Positions 39,119-53,649 are shown, counted from the first letter of the whole stretch. The stretch: DNA of 58,315 bases, filler included, from Platydemus manokwari (GCA_037951405.1; 6 parts of 6 records of this genome joined end to end with filler, not necessarily neighbours in it); one strand, 5' to 3'. The notes: generated from the letters alone by a model not told the origin. Made by a program: numbers and translations.

Positions 39119-41240
39119 NNNNNNNNNNNNNNNNNNNNNNNNNNNNNNNNNNNNNNNNNNNNTTAATTAATTAANNNNNNNNNNNNNNNNNNNNNNNNNN
39201 NNNNNNNNNNNNNNNNNNTTTTAATTCTTTAACATGCAAATCCCTTAATATCTCCAAACAAGAAATATATGACTTATACCACTTTCATAATCAAGAGCAC
39301 AAATAAAAAGGAGAAATGATAAAGAGATAGATAGATGGATAGATAGATAGATGCGTAGAAAGAAGTCTAAAACCAAAACATTTATTTACTACCTGTTGGA
39401 ATTGGCAAACCATTATAATTCTAAATGTGACTTTATTTTGATATTTTAAGAATTCTTGGTCTGATTGCTTTCCTCGAACAATTGTTAGTCAATAAAGTCC
39501 AATTAAACAAATCAGTCTGCCTTTCAGTTCTCTTTTGTGAAGCGATGTAATGGATTGTGTCTATCAAGTCAACTAGTAAGCGAATCTACTAAAATTAGGG
39601 AAAAGTCTTTTGCACTGAATTTTTTGAAAGATGTCTATTATCTGACATAAAACCTCAATTTTGAATCCATTAGGAGTCTCAGTTTAAAGATTTTAATTTT
39701 TTACATAATCATAATTAAAGATATAATCTTCTCTAAATGGGATTTGCAATCTTGGACATTTATAACTTTAAAAAAGAATATTAATTATATTTCTTCCTTA
39801 TTCTCGAATGCACGAAAATAATTCTAATGGTATCAATCTCAATTGTTTTTCAAGTATATTCGATATATTTACTTTTCGTTAGAACTATTTTTATCGACAT
39901 TAAGTTTCAATCAGAATTTAACAAGGACAAAGGATTGGCAACATATGATTCATTTTGATTTACAGTAATAAAGATTTGTTTTATTTCATTTCTGATATTC
40001 ACCAATCTTAAGCATTTATGTTTTAACTCATTTGACTGTTTATTCTTCTACTCAAACTTATTCATTGCAAACAATCTTTTGATGAAGATATAATTAAAGC
40101 ATGGATATACTGCTATACATGCAATTTAATTTCTTTACACTGTAACCTTAATATTAAATGAAGTTTGTTAAAATGATTGTCAGTATACCGAATGCGAGAT
40201 GTTTAATTGCTAAATCTTACTGTCAGTAAAACAAAGCAAGTGACGCTACGTTATATCTGGTTAACTTCACCAATATGATGGTTTTTATTAAAATGTGTAG
40301 CCTAGGGGTACATAATCTTCTCTTTTTTTTAAAGGGATGTAAGTGTACAAACCATTACATGTGAAAAATCGTGTTTTATAATGTTGTTAAATAAATAGTT
40401 TGTGATGCTGATTAAACTACTTCTGTTCACAATTACATTGACTAGTACAGTTAAGTAATTTATAGATAATGTTATTATCTCATAATCTTATTATTATAGG
40501 TAATTCATTACTTGTTATAAATTGGTTTTATTAAATATGGTGAGTTACGACTTATTTTTAGTAAAATTGATTTTTATTTTTACTGCAAACTACGTGTATG
40601 TCGTACTCACATTTCCATATACATGCTGAGCACCCAGACTTGGAACGTAACGAATATACACCCATTTAGGAATTTATACTCGTAGTTCAGTAAATTTCCA
40701 TATATTTTCGTAGAATTTGAAGAAGAATTTTCATGATTAGATTAACTAAATTAATGGAATTAAATCTGGATTTTAAATTGCAATAAAATTACAATCCCAC
40801 ATCGAAATTTTAATTGATATCGATGTCTACATTTTGACACATTCATATGATTTTAAATATTCAATCTTAAGCAAATATGAAAATGTTGATAACCGATCAG
40901 ATCCGACATGTATTTCTATCAAAGAATAATAACAAGGGTAAATATTTCAGATATTAATGAAAGCATATCGAAAATAAATTAATTATTGATTATTATCACA
41001 AATCAACTAATTAAAAATGACACAAGAAAGCAAGATTTTTGATAGATTTTCTGTAACAATAATGTAAAGCATAATTTTTATCGATCATAAAATGTCCACA
41101 AATTGGAATAAAATTGCTCAAATACCACGACTGCTCAATCGATAAGGTTTGATCGATTCATACGATCAATATTTACAGAATATCTACACTATCTAATCAT
41201 TTATCTGTTCAAAAATAGTTTTTTCAACATAATGTTATAA

Positions 41241-44200
41241 TCAGGAAACTTTGTAGTCCTTCATGATCGTTATGAAAAAGTAAAGAAGACACACATTGAT
41301 AAATATCACCATCAAGCTGACAGCATGAATCCTTAGCCAGTCCTAAAATTAAATTAAAGCCAATCAATATATAAAACTAAATTATTTTGATAATTATGGT
41401 TTATTTGGAATGGCTCAATTAATTCTTTTTAGATCTTGTTGACTAAATAAACTTTTAAAAATGGTTTAAATCATGAATAATATCTTGCGAAAATTTTGAG
41501 ATTTCTGTAGGCAGTCACTTTTTTATAAAACACGCATTTAAAGCGAACTGAAAAGCAGGGCCCAAATCGTGTCTTAACTATTAAGTCTGATTATAAAATC
41601 TTTAAATTTTCAATTCATTCTAATAACCTAGCAGTTTCGATAAATTATTATTTAATCAATTATTTTAATTAAATTAAAGGATTAACAATGTCCTTTAAAT
41701 ATTTTGTTGAAATATTATTGAAAATATATATTTTCTTGGTTAAACTTGTTAAATCATTTTCAAATTGTTTGAGTTAAATAAATGGAATCTGACATGGTAA
41801 TCCCGCATTTATATTGGTTATTAGATGATTAATGCAATATAATTCCAAAAATAAAGTATCAATTACAAGATTATTAGTGTTCGGTTTGAGACCGAGAGAA
41901 TGGAATGGAACAACGAATTAAGCATATTTAAAAAATATGTTAAGAATACAGAAGATATAAAGAAGACAGTAAATATAGAAATAAATAAAAGATAAACAGA
42001 TTAAAATATGCAAATATATGGAGTATATAAAAGATAATGAGAAGTCATAAATTAAGAATATATATTATAGACACATAAAGAGAATTTGATATTAAAATAG
42101 ACAGAATAAATAAACGAATTCATTAATAAGAAATGCGAAGAATATCAAAGATTTTGAAAATGGGGTTGCGAAGATTTTAATGTCTTAATAAATAATTATT
42201 TAAACAATCTTTCAAAAAATGGAATTGATTAAAAATACTTTTTTATTATTTAACTCAATATTATCACCGGAATATACTTTGTGGGTTGAAATTCTTAAAT
42301 CGTTTTCAATGTGACTTTAATAACATAAATACCAGCTAACATATATCATCAATTTTCATTTAGAAATTATTCTTAAAACAAAGACAAATCTAACGTATCA
42401 ATTACACGAAAGATATCTGATTCAACAAAGTGAAAGAAAATTATGATTCAACATCGATGAATGATTTCATTTCGATTCATCCAATAGAGATTCGTAAACA
42501 GTTCTATTCGACTCGAAAACATTCTTTGATTACGTTTTTGTGTATTTGAATAATTTAACCGTAGTGTACTGACAGATTTTGGGATTATTGATTCAAGAGT
42601 CGATATCATTGAATGAAACTCATTTACTAATACTGGTATTGTGATTGCTGTTTTGTTTAAAAGAATATTTTAAAAAATTTTAAAACACGATTTTCCAAAC
42701 ACAACAGCTAAAACTATTGATCTACACATGGTCAATATTCATGAGGAACTAATTATAAATCAACTTCTGTTGTTCAAAATTTCAATAAATCATCTTACTC
42801 CAAGCTTGTAGAATTTGATCACAAAAACACCTTGTTGTAGTTTCAGTTTATCCAATTCGATTGCTTGACGATATTCTTGGCACAATCGACTAGCTTCCTC
42901 TTTTGGCATACCTGCTTTGCGGCGTCTTACAGACACATCTGGCAAACTTCCTTCTCGTAAATCCTAAAGAAAATTAATTATGATTATTTACATTTTTCTG
43001 GTGTAATATCAATAAATTATAATTTTTATATAAAATATTTGAATTAGGCAGTCATGAACCACAGGTAAATAATAAACTAGGTATGAGAATGTTAAATTGA
43101 ATTAAATTTTTAAAAGATTTGATTTTATATAAATCACATTAATTTGTTAAAGTAATTGTATTCAGATACACAATTTGATCTCGTGATTTTACAGTTCGTT
43201 TTTAATGTTTTTTTTTATCTTAGTAACGGTATAAAATAGGTAAACACATTTACTATATTCGGTACAAAAACGATATTCAATAACGATTATCAAATGCAAC
43301 TTGTTTATTGATTTGTAAACAAGACCGGCGGTAAAAAATCAAGTTTATATCTACTAGAAAGAGAGAAGATAGTTTATGCAAACTAATATGAAATAAATCT
43401 GATAAGTTCCAATACGACTTGTATTATTCCAGAAATATTAGAAAAATCAAGACATGCTAATGTAAAAATATTGATGCTCATACGAAAATACAATATATGA
43501 AATTATTGACCTTTCTCAAATCGACTTCCGATTTGAAATTGAATATCATCGGTAATGGACGCAACTCGTCCTGTGGTGGATTCAATGTTATTTTGGATTC
43601 TCTTCTCAACGGTACTTGGTTAACTGGTACTGGAGAGATTCGTTTCCGTACACCAGTTTCTGCTACATATATCAAATCTGATGATTCTTGTGATTCATTC
43701 TGAAAGAAAAGAAAATAATTTATCGATATTTTAATCAATAAACTTCGGGTTCTTCTTGTAATTCACTCAAAATACTGGAAACTGCCGCTGGGGCTACTGG
43801 TTCTTGAGTCATAATTTCAGGTACAGTAAATCTGCGAGGATTATTCAAGCTGGAATATATCACATTGGAGATGTTGGAATTGATTTTTTTTCTCGAATCT
43901 TTCTCATCTAAACCTTTTGACGGTTGGGAATAATGATCGAAGAAATCAACATGTGTCTCTGAGGTAATAATGGCTGACAAAGGTTCTTTTGGAATTCTCG
44001 ATGTAGCCATGATATTCCCCACTGTTATTAAAGTTAATGAATAATCAAATCATCTCATGTACTTGTAGATATGTTTATTATTAAAATCAATGAAGTTATT
44101 TTAATTTTTACTTACAATCTATTAGAGCATAAGATAAGTTTTACAAATTTCGTGAATATTTTTATTACCAAATATACTACTGACAAAAATATTTATGAGT

Positions 44201-47200
44201 AGTATATTTTAATCAAAATTTATAATCTTTCTAACTTTGCAATGGCGAGTAAGTCAAAACACTTGACAATGAGAAATTCAGAATTATTCTCTCTCCATGT
44301 AAATATACTCTTAAGATTTCTTGGGTTAAAGTCAAAATCAAGATACTGATTAGCAATTTTACTCAATCAGGGGTGCTTAAAAATAATTATAATGAGCGGA
44401 TTTAATTTTGAGATAAATTTAGTTCCAAAGCCCTAGCAATCTAAAAATGTAAGTCGAGATACAGAGTGATGAAATCTTAATTTAACAGGAAAGGAAGTGT
44501 CTGATATTCCAAAGACATAAGGCTAGAGCTTCATGAATTGAAACAAATGTACGAAATCCTAACGAATAAATAAACAGTATAGGAGATCATAAATTCAGTA
44601 TGTCAGCTAATTTCAAAGCATTAAAAGAATATATAAATATAATAATAAATCTAAAGAAATACCAGTGACATAACTTTCTTCTTCCTCGACTTCTTGGTGC
44701 ATGCTTGTATTTATGCTTTCATTATCTACCATTGATTTATCTGGTTCGTTCTCGACTATTATCGGGGCCTTTTGTGTAGCAGTCGGTATTATTATCTTTT
44801 TTAAAACCGGTGGTTCCTGTAGTTTCAACTGAAATGAATATATCAGTTCAATCGGTCTATGGTTTTATGTACATTTATATAAGGAAATTAAATTTCGGAG
44901 GAGCTGATAAAAAATAACCATTTAATAGATTAAAATATTCAAGGATTACTAATAAAATGATTTTAGATTCAATTTTCGAGCAATTATAATGAAAGTTCTG
45001 ACAAGAGATGAGTTGACAAGATAGATTAATCGTGATCAATCGATTAGGATATACAAACCTCTATGATGGATAATTAGATTGAGTTCTGCTATGAAAGGAT
45101 TTTGATAAATTGAGAATATAATTATTAATTGCTGTTTTCAATAGTATTATCGATGATATTGTGTTTTATTATTTTCTATCATCACCGATAGTTCCAAGGG
45201 AAACTGATAATCATGTGAAAAATGCGAGTCCTTAACTGACATAACACATCCATAAAAATTAACATTTCTATATGATTGGCAATCCAATTCTCTGAAATGC
45301 AGTTCCAGAAAATCCAATACAACGCCACTACCTAAAAGTCGAAGAGTATTAATACATCAATTGTTCCAACCAATGGAATTTAAACAGTCTATTTTTGGAG
45401 TGTAAAACGAAGATAATCCCAACATCGGTTTGAATTTGTTAAATTTTTTGATTAGATAAAAAATACAGAAGGCTCCTCGATTGATGTTTATCTTTAAATT
45501 GTCAAGTCAATCAATGCTTCATTAATATTGTAATGTTTTATGTTGACTCTGAAAATTTCCATGTAATTGAAGTAAAAATGAAATAAATAACAGACAAGTT
45601 TATGGATTCCACTATCAATAATCGTTGATCCGAAAAATAATTAATCAAACATGGCATTTGTTTCACGTTTTATGGTTTTTAGAGAATCTTAATATATGGT
45701 TTTAATTATATCAAGAATCTCTCAATTTCAGCTATGATCGATTTGACTTCAATTACAATTTTATGTTTTACTATGATGTTCTAATGACATAACATTTATA
45801 GAACTATGATGTATGCGCTCTATGAACTATTGGAAACTAATTCATTGAAATTATTGGCTTTAGTTTAAAAAAATGGATTCTAAAATAAAATTTTAAATTC
45901 ATTGAGTGTATTCCGAAAATCTATATAGTTCTATCTATTTATATTCTTTAAAAAGACTGAATTGTCTGTTTAAGTACTTAATAAAAATTTTAGTTGTTCG
46001 AAATCAAATATTAAATAGACTAGAGCTTTAGAATTTCAGAAAATTTCAATATTTGAAAAACTTATCAAAGTAGGTCGAATTGCAATTTATTGAAAATTAG
46101 CGAGGACGTTTTTTTTAACATTAGAAGCAAACTAAGAGTTACTCTCTAATGTTTTACAATTATTTTATAAAAATAATTAATATTAGATTATTAAACATGT
46201 CAGGAGTATCCTAAGTTCATTTATAATTAAATAACTTTTAAGACTCAAATAATCATCTAGTAGTGATGTGATTAGAATAGAAAATTGGTTAAAAACGATG
46301 TTAGTTGTCCTTATTCGACATCCTTACAAGTGATATATCAACTGAATTATACTAATAAATCAATCATCGTAATTTTATATGAAATTAAGTTATAAAATTG
46401 TCTCATGCGCAAAAATTCATTATTACAAAAGTATGTCAAAAGACTCTTTTCCTTAAATTCAGCCAAAATCACGCCTTTTGGAAAATAATATTTTTCAAAT
46501 CTAATAATCACGTGAATAGTTGTCATGGAGAATTATCGAGATTATTCAATTATCAGATTAAAACACCACCTCAATTTATAAGCAAAAAGAAAACAAATTC
46601 ATTTGAAAGTTCGTCTGAAGTGCAGCCAAGAAATCAAAATGTGCATGAATTTCCATAAAAAATTATCAAAACTTTTCATTTACGTCTGAATAGTAGAATA
46701 ATTTGTTGTTGATTGTCTTTTTCGATATAAGAATTATTATTGTTTCAATAAATTTTATAAGATACACGACATTAGAATATATTTCAAGAAATATAAATGA
46801 ATTAGAAAAAACTCATTTTAGTTGAAATGAAACAAAGATTTCAGAAAAATTGTCCAAACATGACGAGACCAATATTATTCATTAAAACCAATAACTAATA
46901 TAAGATTTCCACGAAAACAATCTTACTGCCTCTAATTTGGCTGACTGTTGAGGCTTGATGAATGTCATTGTTTCAAGCTGCTGAGCTTTGTTCGCAAGTT
47001 TAGGTTCTTCGGGGCAATTCTGTGATGTTATCCTTTTCAAAGTCGCTGTGTTATTGGATTCTGAATTTTGTCTGTTCATCGATTTTTCATCTTTCTGTGG
47101 ATTATGAGATGAAACTTTTTTCGATCGCCTGAAACTGCCGTGGCGACTAGCTCTTTGTTCTCCGGACGAATCGACCTTGACAATATTGAAATGAAAATAA

Positions 47201-48013
47201 TAATCCAATCAAAATATCGTGGGAATTGTTGTTGATTATTAGGTGTATGTAATTTATTGTTATAATTAATTCCAAAACATTTAAGGATGAGGTCTTAGGA
47301 TAATGTTTGGAGTTAGATTTGGAGTTTAGTTTAGTATTAGAATAAGAGTTATTGTAAAAGTTATGATTAATGTTAGGACTGAGTTTGCGTTTGATGTTAG
47401 AAATGGATGAGGAGTTAAGGTTCCAACGAGCGTTAAGGGCAGGGTCAATGATAAACTATAAATAAGAGTTTGTGGTAAGTTAAGTGTAAGTGGTGTAGTA
47501 CCTAAGTTGAGTAAGTTGTTCGGTTTAGGCTTAAAATCAGGTTAGTTATGAGACTAGTAGCACAACCAGTGTTTGATTAGGATTCTGGTTATAATTAGGG
47601 CTAACATTAAGAGTGAGATTATCTGAAAACCCTTTTTATTTTAAAGACAAGTTAGGGTATATTTTAAAAAAGAAATAAAACGAAAATTTGAAAATATATC
47701 ATAAAATATTTGAATGAGAATTAGAGGTTAATTTTATTTGACCATTTTAAAAATGTTTTGAATTATTTATCGATTTATAATAAATGTTATTAATCGATTG
47801 GATGTGATCTCTAATAAAATCTAAAAATAATATATACCAATAAAAAGTTATCCTTGTTATAATTGACTGTCAAATTTTGATTAGTGTTTATTATTTCCGG
47901 TACACCTCGTCCTTCGACAACATCAATCGATGCTTGTAGCATAGATTCAAATGATTTCTGACCCCGCTTTGTAACTCTCATCATTCGGACAATGTCTGAC
48001 AAAATTCTAAGAC
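41241..48013 (-). CDS. Uncharacterised tail-anchored protein, 5'-partial; exons 48013-47838, 47175-46927, 44828-44663, 44021-43744, 43699-43511, 42963-42799, 41342-41241 (~440 aa)
   Basis: Seven exons with GT-AG boundaries and matching phases. The S/P/E/K-rich body ends in conserved-looking DLREGSLPDVS..MPKEEASRL..YRQ, then DWLRIHAVSLMVIFINVCLLYFFITIM (single C-terminal TM) and a stop. Confidence 0.8.
43080..43200. repeat. Dispersed repeat shared with ~54395-54512
   Basis: gagaat..aattgaattaaattt..aagattt..aattgtatt..tcgtgattttacagtt is present at both sites. Confidence 0.65.
47280..47620 (+). repeat. Decayed G-strand-biased hexamer tract resembling (TTAGGG)n
   Basis: Recurrent ttagga/ttagag/ttagaa/ttaagg/ttaggc/ttaggg units with strong G over C skew, inside an intron. 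Confidence 0.55.
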
Positions 48014-48698
48014 CTATAATTGATAAAAATCGATAAATTCTTTATTGGAAGGCAGCGAAATGAGATAAAAATTATCAAAAAAATTTCCATTCAAATTTTG
48101 CGGCCCACAATAAAAGAATGAAAAATCAATATTTCTAAATTCATATCACACCAGTAAAAGTACAAAATTTCCAATTCCCATATTCACGCAGTCATTGCAT
48201 GTCTGATAATTTTATCAATCATTGCCTTATAAGCACGCACGCATCACATTTCACTTAATAAAACAAAATGTTAATATTCCTCCACAGTTGTTCATCAGTA
48301 TTGATTTCTCGACTTAATGAATTCCATCAAACGCTTCTATTATAAATTTGTATTCTGTTTATTTCAACTGTAAAAAATCTAATGCATGTTAATAAATAAA
48401 ATGACCAATAAAATTGGTGTTTACTGTTTATAGTTTCAAGTCGCTAAACACTGTCTTATAGGTGTGTAAGAAAAATAAAACCTTTTAGAAGTACAAATAT
48501 TTGACAGTCTAAACACAAAAATCATTTATTACGTTTTATATTGTGCTGTAAAATGTGGCTTACAAATATATGTTATTGAAACTTGAATATAATCAAAAAT
48601 ATAAAATCAGTTTTAATTCATGATAATATAATCAAATAATTTTTTAATAATTATTATAATAAATATTGATTATTTTTATTCCAAAATAAACCCATTAC

Positions 48699-48729
<31 letters not shown>

Positions 48730-50623
48730 AACATTATAGAAATAAAAATCAGCAGAAAAATGTAAAATACAACTTNNNNNNNNNNNNNNNNNNNNNNNNN
48801 NNNNNNNNNNNNNNNNNNNTTAATTAATTAANNNNNNNNNNNNNNNNNNNNNNNNNNNNNNNNNNNNNNNNNNNNTATATATATAAAATTTTCAAATGAA
48901 TATTTTCCTGTCACTATTCTATTATGAAAGCCAGATATTATTTTATTATTATTATTTATATATAATATCGAAAACATTCGACTCAATCATATTCTGTCTT
49001 TATTATAATTATTTATGATCAATTACGTGATCTGAGTATTAGGTAGACCACATTGAAGGAATATCTAATATATTTCCGCTTATCCTACTTTCAGAATTCG
49101 ATGCCCGTGAAAATAGTTGATTTATCTTTTATTTAATTTTTTAGTTATTTGAGTCGTAATGTTTTGTTCTTAGATTAATCATTAAATTCTTTTCATTCAT
49201 TTTTATTTTAATTATTATGAGTTTTAATAATCTGTGTAAATTTATTAACTGGGGTTTTGACCCTACTTATTAAGTTCATCGAAAAAGCTGCTACATCTGT
49301 GTTCAAAACCACTATTTGTTTTCAGATTCATGGTTTTGGAAATAAAAGCTCAACCTAAAATATCTAAATAAAGGGATAGTCAAAAACAAGTTCCAGAACA
49401 AATCCAGCAACAAAGCTATGACATAGGTTTTAATATTCTTAAATATGAAGTTAGAAGAGATATAAATAATATTTGTTGACATTTAAAATGGAAATCATTC
49501 TTCCTTGTATGGAATATTTATTGGTCAAAACCGAAGTTCTAAATACAATTTTAGAATAAATAATTCAAAACTTGGCTCTTTACCAAAGCTTCGATAGACT
49601 AACATATCCTTAGATCGATAGCAAAGTTGTTGACTGATAAAGACTGTTTTTAATCGATAAAAACGAAGACTTCTTCAATGAACTAGTCCTTCTTTGATCA
49701 TGTAGTCGTAATTCTGTTGAGAAAATAAGAAACACTAATTGGAATAAACAGTGATTATGTCTCCCGAGTAAATGTAAAATGTTTTTGTAGTCATCATCAT
49801 GATTTTTCAATAAATAATGGCATGAAATAGCTTGTTATCATTGTAAGTAGTAGCTACTTTATTTTAAATTTTGGTATTTGCTATAATTAGCCATTAAAAA
49901 GTTTGATTAAAATTATTCGCCAAAACACATCTTTAAACAAATGAAGTTATTTCCATGAGAGCTTTGATTATTGATCATCTTAATCAGGAATAAAAATATA
50001 TTGAATTTATTCAAAAATTATTCCATAACAAATTTTCAAATAATCCATTAAAATTGCAATTTTTTTAAAAATTCAAAACCAAAACATTTATAAATGGTTT
50101 ATTTTTAAATTTATTTAAATTTTAATTTTCCTCACAATCATAGAAAATTTTACTACACTGTTATATTATATATCAATTATCGATTGATTTCTTTATCATT
50201 AAAATTTTTATTTTCGATTATCGTGGCTTCATTTAGAATTTCCGCACATGAAAATCTCCATATAATGAATTTGTGTTGAATTCTTCGCAAATTATCATTT
50301 GAATATCAATTGATTTTTATTTAATTAAATCGATTACAGAAAAAATATATTATATTTAACATGGTCGATCAATCGTTAGTCGATTTTGGAAACTTTAATT
50401 GAAATTCAAAATTTGTTTTAATGTATTCAATTTATTTTCAATTTTCCTTTGACAAATTTTCGGTATGAGATTTCTTTTCTAAAAATCTAAAAAAAAATAA
50501 TCAATTGAAAGTATTTTGAATTGAATTGCTGGTGGAGTATTTTGGATTTGTTTTAGATATTTTTTTATGATGGAAAGTGGAATTTTCCGCTTAAATCTTT
50601 TGAACTAATTCGATTTTCGGGTT

Positions 50624-51090
50624 AAGTTAAGAAAAGGGGTCTTTTGACCTACTTTCGAAATAATGAATTATCGTGCATGAGATAATTTTATATATAATTA
50701 AGATGTTTGATTTATTCGTATAATTCAGTTAATATCTCACTTCCTAGGATATCTAATAGGAACAAAATATAGTTCTTAAACCAAGTTCCGATTATAATTG
50801 TCAAAGTTTATAATATCTGTCAATTTGCTTATAATTTAAAAAAAGCGGCCCTCATTAATTTTCATTAAATTGCAATTCGACCTACTTTCATTTTTTCAAA
50901 TAATCAAATTTGATTAGATTTTTAAGCTCTAATGTATTTAATATTTGATGTCAAACAATTAAGATTCTTTCTTATAACTTAAATAAAAAATTCAAAACGT
51001 TTTTAAAGAATATAATTAAATAAACAATATAGATTTTTCCAATACACTCAACAAATTTAAAATTTTATTTTAGGAACCCTTTTCTTAAAA
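50624..51090. mobile_element. MITE-like non-autonomous DNA element (~470 bp)
   Basis: Left end aagttaagaaaaggggtc; right end gaacccttttcttaa. A direct homolog at 56158-56702 ends gaccccttttcttaactt, the exact inverse of the left TIR. Confidence 0.75.
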
Positions 51091-53009
51091 TCTTACTCGA
51101 TTTTCAATAATAAAAATATCGATTTTATAATCCAATGATTCTGAAAATTCCAAGAAGAATTTAAATTTATTTTCCAGACTACGTGTGACCATGTTATCGT
51201 AATGCGATTGAATTCATAATCCACATTCGAATAATGATAAACCAGACAGAGAGAATTATGGAGATATTTTGTTCATTGATAACTGATCCTCATCTCACAG
51301 AAATTGATGTCCAATTTTCGTGTTTGCTAGATATAGATGAATAGTGAAATGGATTCGTATCTGATAACAGCTTGATTTACGCTGTTTTATAAATGCACAC
51401 TTATCGAGTTATCGAATGGGTTTGTCTTGTTTCTGATGTAGAGATTCTTGTTAATAGAGTATCTCATGTCGATTGATTGTCGAGATTTTTGTTTTGAAGA
51501 TTTTATTGCTTTTATTTCCAGATTAGGATAAACAATTAATCAAGCTATTTAAGTGGATGACAAATCAAGAGACAATTAATTAAATCAATAAATTTTCTGC
51601 TTGCCACCAAGTTGCGTTTTTATCTGATTTGAAAGAATAATGAGAAAATTGGTGTTTGTTTATATCGAGAAAGATTTGTTTATTTCTTCATATCAATAAG
51701 AAGAAATTTGTTTATTTTATTATTTGTTTAAATTAAGATTGATGACGTCATAATTATTTGAAAATTAACTGAAAATTCCGTGAAACATTTTATAAGACAG
51801 CTATAAATATGTGCTGACATGGATGTCGAATCCAATCTCATCAAATACCTTTGATCAAATATGGATAAAGCAGTTATCGATTAAAATTCCCGATAAATGA
51901 ACTTGGACATCATAAATGAAAATGACATCAAATTTTTGTTTGTAAATCTTAAGCCCCATAATCCTTAAAATACCAAGTAATTCTAGATGTGCATATAAGA
52001 CGAATCTAAGCCAAATAGAGACAAAATATTTAGCGACCAAACATTTCAAGCATATATCAATAAAAAAAATCTAGCTTCATTGTATCAAGCTAGGAAATAC
52101 CAACGTGATTTAAAAGGCAAACATATCGAGCTTAAAGAGTTGAACGAGTTCGTGGAAAGAGGATATTTATACGTGAGATGGATTGTTTTTTGTTGTCTTT
52201 TAATTCTCAAACCTTGAAAGTGCTTTATCAAACCTTAGCTTTGAAAAATCTAATTTATGGTGAGAAAAAATTTATACCTCAAAATACTGAAATATGATAT
52301 TTTTTATTTATCGGCAAAGAATTGTGATAGTAAAACATAATTATATCAACAATTGTAAATAATTAATACGTCCTCTATTTTATTTTTCCAATATTTTTCG
52401 AAATGAAAATGATTTTTGTAATTATCCATCCAATGCAGTTCAGTGTGATTGATATTCGTGGTGTTCGTTGCAAGATAATTGGTGTAATTTACAATAAAAT
52501 AATTAAAACATTAATTAAAGATTAAACGCTAATCAAGCCAGTTATTTTAGACTGACTTATTAAGGAAAGCTGAAAGTATTTATTGTAAAACAAAATCAGT
52601 GGAACTAGAATTGTAAAACAAATCCATAAATCAACTATTTTGTGTAAATTGTAAAATTTTAAAATAATTTTTAATAACTCCATTCTTTAAAGAGATATTT
52701 AAAATTAAAAAATTAAAAAATTTAAAATTGAAGGCTTTTCGATTAGGAAGTATCAAGACAGTTCAAGTGTATTAAAAATACAAATAAGTCTTTTTTATGA
52801 TTAATTTGAAAATACTTTTTCATTTTTTCATTCATGTCAAGGGGGTATCACAATTTAACATTAATTAAAAGACTTTTTCTCATGTTTTTGAATCAAATAT
52901 CGATTTTAACGCTAGTCATTACATTTTGCTTTTCGTTCTTTGAAAGAATTGTCCATGCAATGTAAAAAATTGGAAAATTGAAAAAATATTTTAATGCCTT
53001 AATTTGATT

Positions 53010-53390
53010 TACCTGATTTTTTCAAATAAAGTAACTTCTTTAACATCAACTCCATTAATTGATGAGGTTTTTTTGAAATCCATCTTCAGTCAATGGTTTT
53101 TTGTACTAGGAATATTTTGCAATAAAATGGACATCTGTTTTTTCATATTCAGTAAGAGGTTTTTCTGCAGAATTTGTAAACATTTATCGTGTTTTGATGT
53201 CTGCAAAATATGTATTGCCCTTTCGGTACTTGAAGTCAGAAAAATATTTAATTCTATTGTATTTCGCACACTGACATTCTCATTACAATACGTGAAGTAA
53301 ATATGATTTGATCTCTTGTTAGTCTGAACATAAATCCATAATTTTAAACAGCATACATCTCCCGGTAATATATTGGATGTTTTGTTTTTG
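53010..53390 (-). pseudogene. Degenerate coding-like fragment, possibly a DNA transposase N-terminus
   Basis: Open minus frame TSNILPGDVCCLKLWIYVQTNKRSNHIYFTYC..HDKCLQILQKKPL..KYS* with no ATG; family uncertain. Confidence 0.25.
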
Positions 53391-53649
53391 TAATTTCACT
53401 TTAATAAAATCGATAAAATATAATAAATAATTTTTGCTTCCCAAAAATAGGACAGGTTTTTATCGCTTGCGTTAAGTTGCCGATCATTGAATATACAGAA
53501 ACTCTAAAATACAGAAACCTATAAAATATTTAATTGAGTAGTCAAGGTAATTGTGAACAGAAGTAGTTTAATCAGTATGACAAACTATTCATTTAACAGA
53601 ATAATGAAACACAATTTTTCACATGAAATGATTTGTACACCTACCATAA

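Noticed and set aside
38982-39170. Poly-Ile ORF resembling a TM protein
   Set aside because: Translation of the (ATT)n microsatellite running into the gap.
51819-52203. Plus-strand coding-like frame (MDVESNLIKYL*...KELNEFVERGYLY)
   Set aside because: Multiple in-frame stops and no recognisable family; likely TE debris.
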